Shown one piece after another: positions 10,073 to 20,030 of a stretch of DNA of 64,000 nt. The stretch is from NCBI GenBank assembly GCA_963793205.1, contig CAWBZM010000001.1, positions 2,354-66,353 of the forward strand. Direction: 5' to 3'. Each line of letters begins with the position of its first letter. Position 1 is the first letter of the stretch. Source of the stretch: an uncultured Gemmatimonadales bacterium (GTDB lineage Bacteria; Gemmatimonadota; Gemmatimonadetes; Gemmatimonadales; GWC2-71-9). Below the pieces are notes generated by a model. It did no database searches. It was not told where the DNA came from and worked only from the letters and a program-made list of their open reading frames with translations. A program made the translations under genes and the position numbers.

Positions 10073-11236
10073 ATGACGCACGCCCTCGGCATCATCCTGC
10101 TGTTGCTGCCGCTGTTCCTGGCCCTGTACGCGTTCGGGCTCTACCCGCTCCTGCTGCGGCTGCTGGCGCGTGCCGGCTCCACATCGTCAGGGGACGCCGA
10201 TCCCGTCGAGTGGCCCTCCATCACGATTGCCGTGCCGGCGTACAATGAGGAGCGGTCCATCGCTGCCACGATCGAAGCGTTGCTGGCGCTCGAGTATCCC
10301 GCCGACCGCCGGCAGATCGTGATTATGTCTGACGCGTCCACCGATCGCACCGACGACATCGTCCGTGGCTTCGCCGACCGCGGGGTCGAACTGGTCCGCA
10401 TGCCGGAACGGATCGGGAAGAGTGGCATGGAGAATGTCGGCGCCGCCTCGTTCCGGGGCAGCATTGTCGTGAACACCGATGCCACGATCCGCATCCCCCC
10501 CGCCACCCTGAAGGCACTCATCCGGGTCTTCACCGATCCCACCATTGGGTGCGCCTCCGGCCGGGACATCAGCGTCAGCAATATCGCCGACACCACGAAT
10601 GTGGGCGAGTCGGGGTATGTTGGCGCGGAAATGCAGCTGCGGGCGCTCGAGACCCGGGCGGGAGGCATCATCGGCGCCAGCGGGTGTTACTACGCCATCC
10701 GCCGGGAACTGGTCAACGCCTCATTCCCTCCGACGCTCAGCCGCGATTTCTCCGCCCCCCTCGGGACCCGGTTGGCGGGGCTGCGCACCGTCTCGGTGGA
10801 TGAGGCGGTCTGCCTGGTGCCCCGGGCGCGATCGCTCAGCACCGAGTACCAGCGGAAGATCCGGACGATGTCCCGGGGGCTCCGCACGCTGTGGCACTTC
10901 CGGCGACTGCTCAACCCCGTCACCCATGGCCGCTTCGCCTGGATGCTGTGGAGTCACAAGGTGGCGCGCTGGCTGATCTTTCTCTTCCTGCCGTTCGCCG
11001 CGCTCGGGGCGCTCCTGCTGGTGCCGCACTGGGTGACCCTGGCGCTGGTCATCCTCGGCGCCCTGGGAGCCTTCGCCGCGGCGCGGACCGCCCTGCGCTG
11101 GCCCGAGGGCCAGCCCATGCCCCGACTCATCTCCCTGCCTGGTTTCACCGTGCTGACCTGCGCGGCGGGGTTCCAAAGCTGGATGCGCGCGTTGCTCGGG
11201 GAAGGGCAGGCGATCTGGGAACCGACCCGCCGTTGA
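10073..11236 (+). CDS. Membrane-anchored GT2 glycosyltransferase
   Basis: N-terminal TM helix, VPAYNEE, SDASTDRT, SHKVARW and C-terminal TM helices, WEPTRR end. Confidence 0.88.
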   Translation: MTHALGIILLLLPLFLALYAFGLYPLLLRLLARAGSTSSGDADPVEWPSITIAVPAYNEERSIAATIEALLALEYPADRRQIVIMSDASTDRTDDIVRGFADRGVELVRMPERIGKSGMENVGAASFRGSIVVNTDATIRIPPATLKALIRVFTDPTIGCASGRDISVSNIADTTNVGESGYVGAEMQLRALETRAGGIIGASGCYYAIRRELVNASFPPTLSRDFSAPLGTRLAGLRTVSVDEAVCLVPRARSLSTEYQRKIRTMSRGLRTLWHFRRLLNPVTHGRFAWMLWSHKVARWLIFLFLPFAALGALLLVPHWVTLALVILGALGAFAAARTALRWPEGQPMPRLISLPGFTVLTCAAGFQSWMRALLGEGQAIWEPTRR

Positions 11237-11268
11237 TCGGCACCAGCTCGGCGGACTGACCAAATACG

Positions 11269-11298
11269 CAGCGGGCGGCTCCGAGGAGCCGCCCGCTG
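11269..11298. terminator. Hairpin between convergent genes, likely bidirectional terminator
   Basis: CAGCGGGCGGCTC-CGAG-GAGCCGCCCGCTG, perfect 13-bp stem. Confidence 0.7.
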
Positions 11299-11322
11299 TT
11301 CATGGTACCACCGTCCTGGGTC

Positions 11323-12105
11323 TTACCAGCCGCCCTTGCCGAAGAGAATCACCGGGACCGTCTTCGCCATGATACGGACGTCTTCCACCAGGCTCTGCTG
11401 CTTGATGTAGGTCAGGTCGAACTGGACCTTGCGCTTCACGTCTTCGACGTTGGTGTCGTAGTTCTGGCTCACCTGGGCCAGTCCGGTGATGCCCGGCCGG
11501 GCCAGCTGCCGGCACTCGTAGTCGGTGATCGTCTGGCGCAGTTCCTGGAAGATGGCGGGCCGCTCGGGGCGCGGACCCACGATGTTCATCTCGCCTTTGA
11601 TCACGTTCACCAGCTGCGGCAGTTCGTCCAGCCGGTACTTCCGCAGGAATCGGCCGATCGGGGTGATCCGGGGATCGTTCTGGGTGGCCCAGACCGCACC
11701 GGAAAGCTTCTCGGCATCCACCCGCATCGTCCGGAACTTGTAGATCCGAAACGGCTTCCCGCCAAGGTCGTTGGCCCGGCGCTTGTCGCCCGCCTTGCCA
11801 AACCGGCGCCGCCGGTCCTGACCGATGCGTACCTGGGAGTAGATGGCCGGACCACGGGAAGTGAGCTTCACCGCGATCGCAACGGCCAGCATGATCGGGG
11901 CGGCGAGGACCAGCCCGATGGAGGCCACCACCACGTTGACCGCCCGCCGAGCCACTTCGTGACCCAGAGAGAGTTCTGGGGCCGAGTGCGCCAGTTCCCG
12001 GGGAGGCGCCTCGACCAGCCGGAGCCGGGACGGCCGCCGGACGTCACTGGCCGAGGGGACGAAGGCCGGGGAACTCGATCGGGAAACTGATGCGGTCATG
12101 CTCAT
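11323..12105 (-). CDS. Priming (undecaprenyl-phosphate) sugar transferase
   Basis: YKFRTM, DPRITPIGRFLRKYRLDELPQL.NVIKGEMNIVGPRPERP, PGITGLAQV; AGGAG before ATG 12105. Confidence 0.92.
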   Translation of the reverse strand: MSMTASVSRSSSPAFVPSASDVRRPSRLRLVEAPPRELAHSAPELSLGHEVARRAVNVVVASIGLVLAAPIMLAVAIAVKLTSRGPAIYSQVRIGQDRRRRFGKAGDKRRANDLGGKPFRIYKFRTMRVDAEKLSGAVWATQNDPRITPIGRFLRKYRLDELPQLVNVIKGEMNIVGPRPERPAIFQELRQTITDYECRQLARPGITGLAQVSQNYDTNVEDVKRKVQFDLTYIKQQSLVEDVRIMAKTVPVILFGKGGW

Positions 12106-12119
12106 GTGCCTTCTCCTGT

Positions 12120-12861
12120 TCAGATTGCGCTGGCGATTCCAACAATGGCGAGGACGGTGGCGGCGAGGGCACCGATAGATGGGGACTGCTCCGCTGAATC
12201 CTCCGCTGCGACGTCCGACGACGATTTCATCGCCGCCCTGCAACCCCAGTTGATCAAGAGACATGCCAGCGGCCATGGCCTTCCGGATCTCCTCTTTGGA
12301 GTGCAATTCTTCTGTTCCGCGTTGTGCCTTGGTTTTCGTGAAGTCAGCATCGCCGGGGCCATCCGCCCCGCAATCATGACGACTTCGCTCAGCGGGCACG
12401 TCGCCCGGACATTGTAGTAGCCTGGCTTCGCCACCAGCCCCAGCAGGCCGAGGCGGATCAGCGGCTCCACCTCGATCTGGGGTGAACGCACATACTGGGA
12501 AATGACGCCGAGCAGCTTGGCCTGAATTTCCGACCGCAAGGACCCCCTTGAGGTCGATCGGGGGAATGTTCGGGTAGCACCAACACCTGTCCGGTCCGGA
12601 CCGCGAAGGTGTCGCTCAGGGCGCTGTCTCCCGGACCCGCAGCAGGATGCGATCCCCAGCCTGGAAGTCACCCTGCTCCAAGCGGGCTTGTACCAACTGG
12701 CGTTCCCCGCTCGAGAGCGCCTGCTTGCCCTGCGGTCCGAGCAGGTCCTGAAGGTCGGTGCGGGTCGCAAGTGCATGGTTTTCCTTGTCTTGCGCAGCAG
12801 ATTCCCGCCCGGCAATCCCCAGCAGCAGTAGCACAAGCCAGAGGATCTTACGGTGAGTCAT
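12120..12861 (-). CDS. Polysaccharide export/SLBB-domain (Wza-like) protein, multiple frameshifts
   Basis: Signal peptide and GDFQAGDRILLRV in ORF 12616-12861; LRSEIQ...PLIRLGLLGLVAKPGYY in 12120-12836; LGLQGGDEIVV in a third frame; C-terminal hydrophobic helix. Confidence 0.7.
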
Positions 12862-13344
12862 TTCAGTCCTGACCGTCGGACATGTTGTCCGTGTCGAGGT
12901 AGTTCCTGGGGACGCTCGGGGCGCCCCATGGGGTCGGGATGTGATCGACCAGCCCGAACCGAGCCATCCGCTGGAGGTGATCTGACTGAAGCGATCCGAG
13001 CGCTGGATCAGTGCCGGCAGGCATGGAGTTATTGGAGCCGATTGGCATCAGATCTTCCACTCACAGGCGTTGGCAGTAGGTCGTCGGGCGGTGGAAATTT
13101 CCATTCGCTCGTCTTGCTTGAACACAACCCTTGCATAGTCAAGAACAGCGCCGACTGGACTGGTCGCCCCGGGAGTGCTTCATGACTGCCGTGATATCGG
13201 CTTAACCTATTATTGGACATAGACTTAGCGTGACTTCTTGTCATGTGATTGATTTTCGGTCGCTGCGCGGAGTCTGCCGCAGTGTTGCGCTGAACCATCA
13301 GCATTCGTTGGACAGGTGCGGCAGAACCACAGAGGAAGACAACG

Positions 13345-14279
13345 ATGAATGCCTTGGGAGTGAATAGCGGGCTGGATGGTCGTCCGGCGGTGGTCCTGAT
13401 CGCCAATGACCAGGAGTGGTCTGCCCGATCCATGGACAGCATCCTCTCACCGCAGGGATTTACGGTGATTCGGGCCTACACCGGGCTGCAGGCGATTGAG
13501 CGGGCCCTGATTTCCCGGCCTGACCTGATCATCCTGGACGCCCAGCTGCCAGACATCCATGGAATGGACGTCTGCCGCCAGCTGCGGGAGGATCCGCGTA
13601 TCGGAAACATGACCCCGATCGTGATCACCACCGCCGGACCTTCCGGCAGGGTGCAGCGCCTCGCCGCGTACGCGGCGGGGGCGTGGGAATTCCTCGGTCA
13701 ACCACTGGATGGGGAAGCGCTATTGGCGCGACTTGGGACATTTCTGAGTGTCAAACGAGAGGCGGATCTGTTGCGGGGAGCGGCATTGATCGATGCCAGC
13801 GGTCTCTACACCCTGCCGGGCCTCGCCCGGCGGATAGAGGAAATTGGATCTGAGGCCTATCGCCATGGGCGCCCGCTCAGTTGTGTCGCCCTCGGGATTG
13901 CCGGTTTGAAGACGGCGACTGAGGCGGTCACGGTCCCGCACCCCCTTCGCCTGGGCCAACTCCTGAAGGAGTTCGGCCGGTCGTCCGATGCCATCGCCCA
14001 TCTGGGGGGTGGGGAGTATCTGGTGGTGACGCCCGATACGGCGGCGAGTGGGGTGGTGAGCTGGTGGATCGCCTGAACGCGGCCATCCATCAGGGGGGAG
14101 AGCCCCATGAGATCCCCCTCATGGCGGGATACAGTGCGGTCGACGATGTGCGAAGCGCCGCGATTGAACCCGCGGCGCTCCTGGACCGTGCCACCACCGC
14201 CCTGCGCTATTTGCTTGGTCAGGAGACCGGCCCGCACATCGTCGCCTACGAAGGGTTGCCGGCTGTCGTGCCGGCGTAG
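13345..14279 (+). CDS. Atypical response regulator: REC domain plus degenerate GGDEF-like domain; frameshift near 14060
   Basis: VLIANDQEW, PDLIILDAQLPD, SGLYT..GL, RSSDAIAHLGGGEY; continues in ORF 14064-14279 (MAGYSAV...LLDRATTAL). Confidence 0.8.
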
Positions 14280-14287
14280 CGCCTGGG

Positions 14288-16695
14288 TTACCCGCGATCC
14301 TCTTCCGCACCACCCGCCGGCAGGAACGCAGGCTCCGGCTCTTCTTCCGCCGAATAACCATACAGGTAGCTGTAGTAGCGATAGGCATTGTCGTTGGCCC
14401 GGACATCGTTCAGGACCGCCCCCAGGACGCGGATCGGCAGTCGATCCACCAGGCTCAACTTCGCCTCCGCCAGGAGCCGGTCGGTTTCCCCGGCGCGCAG
14501 CACCAGCATCAAGTTGCCCGTCGCGATCCAAGGACGAACGGGTCGACGCCCGCGGCAAGGGGTGGACTATCCACCAGGACGGCGTTGTAGCGCAGCCGCA
14601 GATCCTCGAGTAGCCGTTGCATCGCCTGGAGCCCAGTAGTTCGGGGCCGTGCTGACGACGGGTCCCGCATGGGACCACCCACAGGCCCGGCTGGTTGGTG
14701 GGGCGGACGATCTCGTCCAGTGTCGCCTCGCCCTGCAGGTAATCCAGTAACCCCGGTTTGCGGTCCAGCGAAAACATCCGATGGAGTTCGCCTCGGCGGA
14801 TATCGCCATCGATCAGGATGGTGCGGTAACCGGCGACGCGAAGCTGACGGCAAGGTTGGACGAGGTCAGGGACTTTCCATCGCCGGCGCTCGGACTCGAG
14901 ATGGTCATGGTGATGTGGCCGGTGGTGTTGAACAAATGCGCCAGGTTCACTCGGATGGTCCGAAACGCCTCGATGAATTGGGCGGCCATGTTCCGTTGGC
15001 AATTCGCCCGCCCGGTTCCGCTTGATGGCCGGGATCGCGCCGAGAATGCGAGCCCAAGCGAGTGGCTGACTTGCTCGGGATACAGGACCCGCTTATCCAG
15101 ACTGGTCAAGCAAGACCGCGAGGGCAAGGGAGGCGCCGAGCGAAAACAGGAATGCCAGAATCACAGCCGAGAGGCGTTATCGTTCGATGGATAGTTGCGG
15201 CTGGGCCGCCCGGTCCAGCACCTTGACGTCGGGGATGGCGGTCGACTCGGCGAGCCGGGCCTGCTGGTACCGGGCCTGAAGGTCAGTTGTAGATCGATTG
15301 CAGGCTCAGCATTTCCCGGGTAAGCCGCTGCTCGGTGATCATTCGGGTCGGGATGCGCTTGAGTTCTTCCGAGGCCGACGCCAGGTGGCTGTTCAGCTCG
15401 TGCAGCTGGCGTTCATCGCGGCGATCGTAACGCCGATTTGCCGGGGACGACCGGTTGCGCAGGTTGTCGATGCGCTCCTGCGGCCTCGATGACCTGGCGG
15501 GCCGAATCCGTATAGCGCGTCTGAAGTGCGCGAAGATCGGTCTCCGCCTGGGTCAGGTCAGAGATGGCTCGTAACCAGCTGCGGTGACTGGGACACGCTG
15601 GGAATCGCCTGCAGCCCGGCAACATTGAGCGGGCCCGGTCCGGGCGCCGCCAGGACCCGCTGGAGCGCATCGCGTTCCCGGGTTAACTGCTCGGTCTGGA
15701 CCTTCTCGTTGAAATATTCGCCCGTCACGGTCGCCTGGGTGGCTTGGACGCCGGCTGCGACCGAGGTCCCCTCGGTGGGCAAGGTGATGATCTGGGTCTT
15801 GTAGTTCTCAAGGCGGGTTTCGGCATCCCGCAACTCGCGGCCAACCGAATTCAACTGCTGCTCGACCATCCTCGAGGTTTCGCGCAACTTGAAGGCTTTG
15901 AGTTCTCCCGCGACCGAAATGAACTGGTCGACGATCCCATTCAGCGTGCTCGTGACCCGAGCCGGGTCATCGTCCGTCAGGGTGAGACGCATGAAGTTGC
16001 CCTGCTCCGGCAGTACAACCGGAGGCGCGAATAGAGCTTGCCTGCAGCGTCGCGCGGGGAGGACCACCGTGAACGGGGTTTCTCCAGGCCGGAGTGGCGT
16101 GGGGTCCGGGTGCCAGCGCATGCCAAGGGTGCGACCGATGGAATCGCCGAGGCTGCCGGCCTCCAGGGTGGAGTCGTGGACGGTGGTCAGGCGATAGGTC
16201 TTCAGGTCCGGAGACACGACCAGCTTGAAATTGCCGAGCCGATACTCATTCGCGAGCTCGAAGTTCGCGAACGCCTTCGGGTTCTTGGAACGCACATAGA
16301 GGTGCTCCTGCTGTACCACCGCCTCCAGCACGTTGAATGACTTGACCAGTTCGGCCCATCCCGCCTGGTCCAGGACTTCCTGCGCCGCGGACCGGCCCAC
16401 CCTGTCCGGAGCTACCCGCAACCCAGATGGTCGCTGCCGTCGTGTATTCACCTGGTAGGTGCCGTGCCGCGAAGATCCCCAGCGCCGTACCGGCGACAGT
16501 GACCGCGGCAGATCATCCACTTGTATCGCTTGACCGAGGCGATCACCCGGTGCCACTGGATCCCGCCCTCCCCCCGCCGTCCGACGCTGGGGGCGGGCCC
16601 CGGAATTCAGCCGGCTCCGGATAGGACAGGGCGGCTTCCACCGGGAGGTGGGAGTCTTCGTTTGCATTCATTGGCGGAAGAAAACGGTCGGCCAT
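14288..16695 (-). CDS. wzc: Wzc-like polysaccharide co-polymerase/tyrosine autokinase, heavily frameshifted
   Basis: Fragments: coiled-coil region (ORF 15558-16667), EAFRTIRVNL and Walker A SSPSAGDGKS, LIDGDIRRG, VLVDSPP, LGAVLND and Tyr cluster YRYYSYLYGY. Confidence 0.85.
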
Positions 16696-16778
16696 GGGCG
16701 GGCACTCGACCTGGGATGCGAACTTCAGTAGGCCAGCAGAGCAATCCGGCCGACGGGCCGGGACAATCCTCATACATC

Positions 16779-16794
16779 AGCAAGGAAAATACCG
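16779..16794 (-). promoter_or_regulatory. Putative sigma54 promoter for wzc
   Basis: Minus strand CGGTATTTTCCTTGCT = GG-N10-GC with TTGCT, about 85 bp upstream of ATG 16695. Confidence 0.55.
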
Positions 16795-16825
16795 CCTTTC
16801 CGGCGCGGGCGGAGAAGGCGAATCT

Positions 16826-16843
16826 TGTTGCCTACAGGCAACT
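16826..16843. promoter_or_regulatory. Palindrome TGTTGC-N6-GCAACT
   Basis: TGTTGCCTACAGGCAACT in the wzc/activator divergent region; matches 146-163. Confidence 0.5.
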
Positions 16844-17065
16844 TGCGTCGGGTCCATCGGTCCGATTCTCGTCCGTTCACCACGACTCCTCCCAGAATCG
16901 GGCCTGATCCTGTAGCCTCAAGTCTATGGTTGTTGCTAACTTACCGCACAATGTAGGGTCGCACCCACGCCGTGTTGAGCTAATGACACGAAACTTGCCC
17001 TCTATAGCTGCATCGATGCGGCACGTACCACGATGGAACGCAACACATCACCGGAAGGGCACAAT

Positions 17066-18590
17066 ATGGGGACAGCGGCAACCAGCGGTAGCGGCGGGGG
17101 CCGGGCGGAACACGGCGAACGCCCGCGATCCCCTCGCCATCCCCGACGATATCAAGGCCAGCATCCGGATCGTCATCATTGACGATGAGCGGACCCTCCG
17201 GGAGAGTTGCGCCACGGTGCTCCAGGCCGACGGCTTCAGCGTCACGACGATCGGTCGCGGCGAAGAGGCGCTCGAAACGGTCCGCCGCAAGAAGTTCGAT
17301 ATCGTCCTGGTCGACCTGTACATGTCGCAGATCTCCGGGCTCGACATCCTCAAGGCCGCGCTGGAGAACCAGAAGGAAGCGATCGTCGTCGTCATGACCG
17401 GTAACCCCAGCGTGGCCAGCAGCATCGAAGCGCTGCGCCAGGGCGCCTGGGACTACCTCCCCAAGCCATTCTCCGCGACCCACCTCCAGGTGCTGATCGG
17501 ACGCGCCTCCCATGCCGTCATGGTCGGGCGGGAAACCCGCGATCTCAAGCTGCAACTGGCCCAGCAGGGCGGGCACAGCGACAAAGTGTCCCTCATCGGC
17601 ATTTCGCCCACCTTCCGACAGGCGGTGGAACTGGCCCGCAAGGTGGCGGCGACCGATGCCTCGGTCTTCATCTCGGGGGAAAGCGGGACCGGCAAGGAAG
17701 TCATCGCCCAGTTCATTCATCAACACAGCCGGCGGAGTACCAAAGTCATGGTGGCGCTCAATTGCGCCGCCCTGCCTGAGCAGTTGCTCGAGTCTGAATT
17801 GTTCGGGCACCGCAAAGGCGCCTTTACCGGTGCCGACCGGGAGAAGCCCGGTCTGCTGGAAACAGCGAACGGCGGGACATTCTTCCTCGACGAACTGACG
17901 GAGATGTCGCTCCCGCTCCAGGCCAAGATGCTGCGGGTGCTGCAGGACGGCGCGGTCCGGCGGGTGGGCAGCGAGACCCAGGACGCCACTGTTGATGTGC
18001 GCTACATCGCGGCGACCAACCGGGATCCTCAGGATGCGGTCAATCAGGGGATCCTGCGCGGTGACCTGTTCTACCGGCTTCGGGTCGTGCCGATCCGGCT
18101 TCCCCCCCTGCGCCAGCGGCCGGAGGATATTCCTCTCCTCGCCAATCACTTCCTCACTCACTACTGGCAGCGCCATCGGCAGATGGGCGAGCGGACCCCG
18201 CGTCTCTCCGAGGCGGGGATCGCGTTTCTGCGCAGCCGCCCGTGGCGTGGCAACGTCCGTGAGCTGCAGAACGTGATTGAGCACGTAGCGGTCCTGGCGG
18301 AGCCGGATCAGGTGATCAACCCGAATGACATCCCGATCTATGAGGATGCATCCGAAACGCCGGTCGTCACCAGCGCGATCAGCGCTCCGGTCCTGGATGA
18401 GGCGTATCATCCCGCCAAAGAGCGGGTCGTGGCCGAATTCGAGCGTGAGTATCTTTCCCGCCTCGTCGCACGGGCTGGCGGCAATATGTCCAAGGCCGCC
18501 CGACTGGCCAGCATCGATCGCACTACACTCTATCGACTCATGGACAAACACAGCTTTCAGCGAGATGACCAGGCGGGGACGCCCGAGTGA
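17066..18590 (+). CDS. NtrC-family sigma54-dependent response regulator (REC-AAA+-Fis HTH)
   Basis: IIDDE, LVDLYM, GESGTGKE, ESELFGH.KGAFTGA, FFLDE, WRGNVREL, GNMSKAARLASIDRTTLYRL; start uncertain (ATG 17066 needs one G fewer in the G-run near 17100; open frame from 16926). Confidence 0.93.
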
Positions 18591-19693
18591 CGAAATCCGA
18601 ACGACCCGCCCGGGCCGGTACCACAGGCCTCCGGGCGGTCCCCATGGAGCTCTGGCCGGTGCTGGATCGCGCCGTGCAGGCCGCGGAAGCCGGGTGGCGC
18701 CAGGTGGCCGAGGATGCCCCCTCACAGGAAGAAGTGCGAAGCCAGTTGTCGCTGCTGCGGGTGGCCATTGAACAGGCCGCCGCCGATGGCACGCGCCCGG
18801 ACGACCGGCTTCCCCGCACAGTCCTCGGCCGCCGGCTGGTGGAACTGGTCCGGCGCTCCCTGCTACAGGAGATCGACCGACTCGCGCCCCTGCCTGGTGT
18901 CGAGGGAGTGCTGGCCCTGCTCTCCGCATTGGAAGTGGTGCAGCACGCCCTGGAGCCCGACTGGGCCCAGCACTTCGCCGACCGGCTCTCCGGTCCCGAC
19001 GGCATGGACCTCGTGGTCGAGGTGGCGCACGACCTCCGCTCGCCCCTCACGTCGATTCTCTTCCTCTCCGAAACGCTGCAGCGCGCCCGCTCCGGTCCGA
19101 TTAACGCGGTACAGGAACGCCAGCTCGGGCTGATCTATTCTGCCGCCTTCGGGCTCTCCTCGATGGCGAGCGACGTGATCGAGCTGGCACGGGGTGGCGA
19201 CCGGCTGGTGGATCTCGATCCGCTGCCGTTCTCGGTGGCCGACATTTTCGAGTCGGTCCGCGACATCGTCCAGCCGATTGCAGAAGAGAAGGGGCTCCAG
19301 GTCAAACTGGAATTTCCGGCGCTCGATTTCCGGGTCGGCTATCCAGTGGCCCTCTCCCGGGTCCTGCTCAACCTGACGACCAACGCCCTCAAGTTCACCT
19401 CCGAGGGCGTGGTCGAGGTGCGGGCCGACCAGGGGGAGGACAACAAGGTCACCTTCTCGGTACAAGACACCGGTCGGGGCATCTCACCGACGGCGATGCT
19501 GACCCTGTTCGAGCCATTCCGCCGACGTCAGAAACAGGGCGAGTACGCCTTTTCCGGCGCCGGCCTTGGCCTGTCGATCTGCCGCAAGCTGGTCGAGGCG
19601 ATGCATGCGACCCTCCGGGTGGAAACCGGGGCAGAATCGGGGACCCGCTTCTTCTTCGAGCTTGATCTGCCGTCGGCGGCGGAGCATCCGTAG
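18587..19693 (+). CDS. Soluble histidine kinase (HisKA + HATPase_c, no TM segment)
   Basis: VAHDLRSPLTSI, NLTTNALKF, DTGRGI, FEPF, GAGLGL; GTGA overlap with the upstream regulator. Confidence 0.9.
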   Translation: MTKSERPARAGTTGLRAVPMELWPVLDRAVQAAEAGWRQVAEDAPSQEEVRSQLSLLRVAIEQAAADGTRPDDRLPRTVLGRRLVELVRRSLLQEIDRLAPLPGVEGVLALLSALEVVQHALEPDWAQHFADRLSGPDGMDLVVEVAHDLRSPLTSILFLSETLQRARSGPINAVQERQLGLIYSAAFGLSSMASDVIELARGGDRLVDLDPLPFSVADIFESVRDIVQPIAEEKGLQVKLEFPALDFRVGYPVALSRVLLNLTTNALKFTSEGVVEVRADQGEDNKVTFSVQDTGRGISPTAMLTLFEPFRRRQKQGEYAFSGAGLGLSICRKLVEAMHATLRVETGAESGTRFFFELDLPSAAEHP

Positions 19694-20030
19694 CCGCCCC
19701 CCTACCCGTATCTCCTGCCCGGACATACCTTTCCGTCGCTGTATCGCGCGGCCCGCCGCGTTTCTCTCAATCCTTCTGCTGCGAGCGACCCGGTTCGCGG
19801 CTGATGCCTGGATGTCCGACCGACGGTGAATGGTCACCGCGACGGACGTGCTCGAGAGAGGCGCTGGAGTGGCCCGCGCTCCGAATCCCGCGGTGTGCCG
19901 ACTGGCTACCGCATTCCTCTGTGGTGTACGGCCTCGCCTGGTCGCCACCCGCATGATTTCCCGGCACCGGGTCCGGGCAGATCAGCGGAAGTGACGGGCG
20001 CACCGCCGTGCGCGGAGCTGTTAGACACCT

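Noticed and set aside
13002..13015. sigma54 promoter for the wza-like gene (minus strand GGCACTGATCCAGC)
   Set aside because: Spacing fits but the -12 element lacks TTGC; too weak to call in GC-rich DNA.
12863..13060. 65-aa ORF upstream of the wza-like gene
   Set aside because: No motif or clear RBS; more likely leader or regulatory DNA, though a small gene cannot be excluded.
16980..18929. 649-aa minus-strand ORF (likewise 46863-48872 and similar long overlapping ORFs)
   Set aside because: Lies opposite well-supported genes and has no domain signal.
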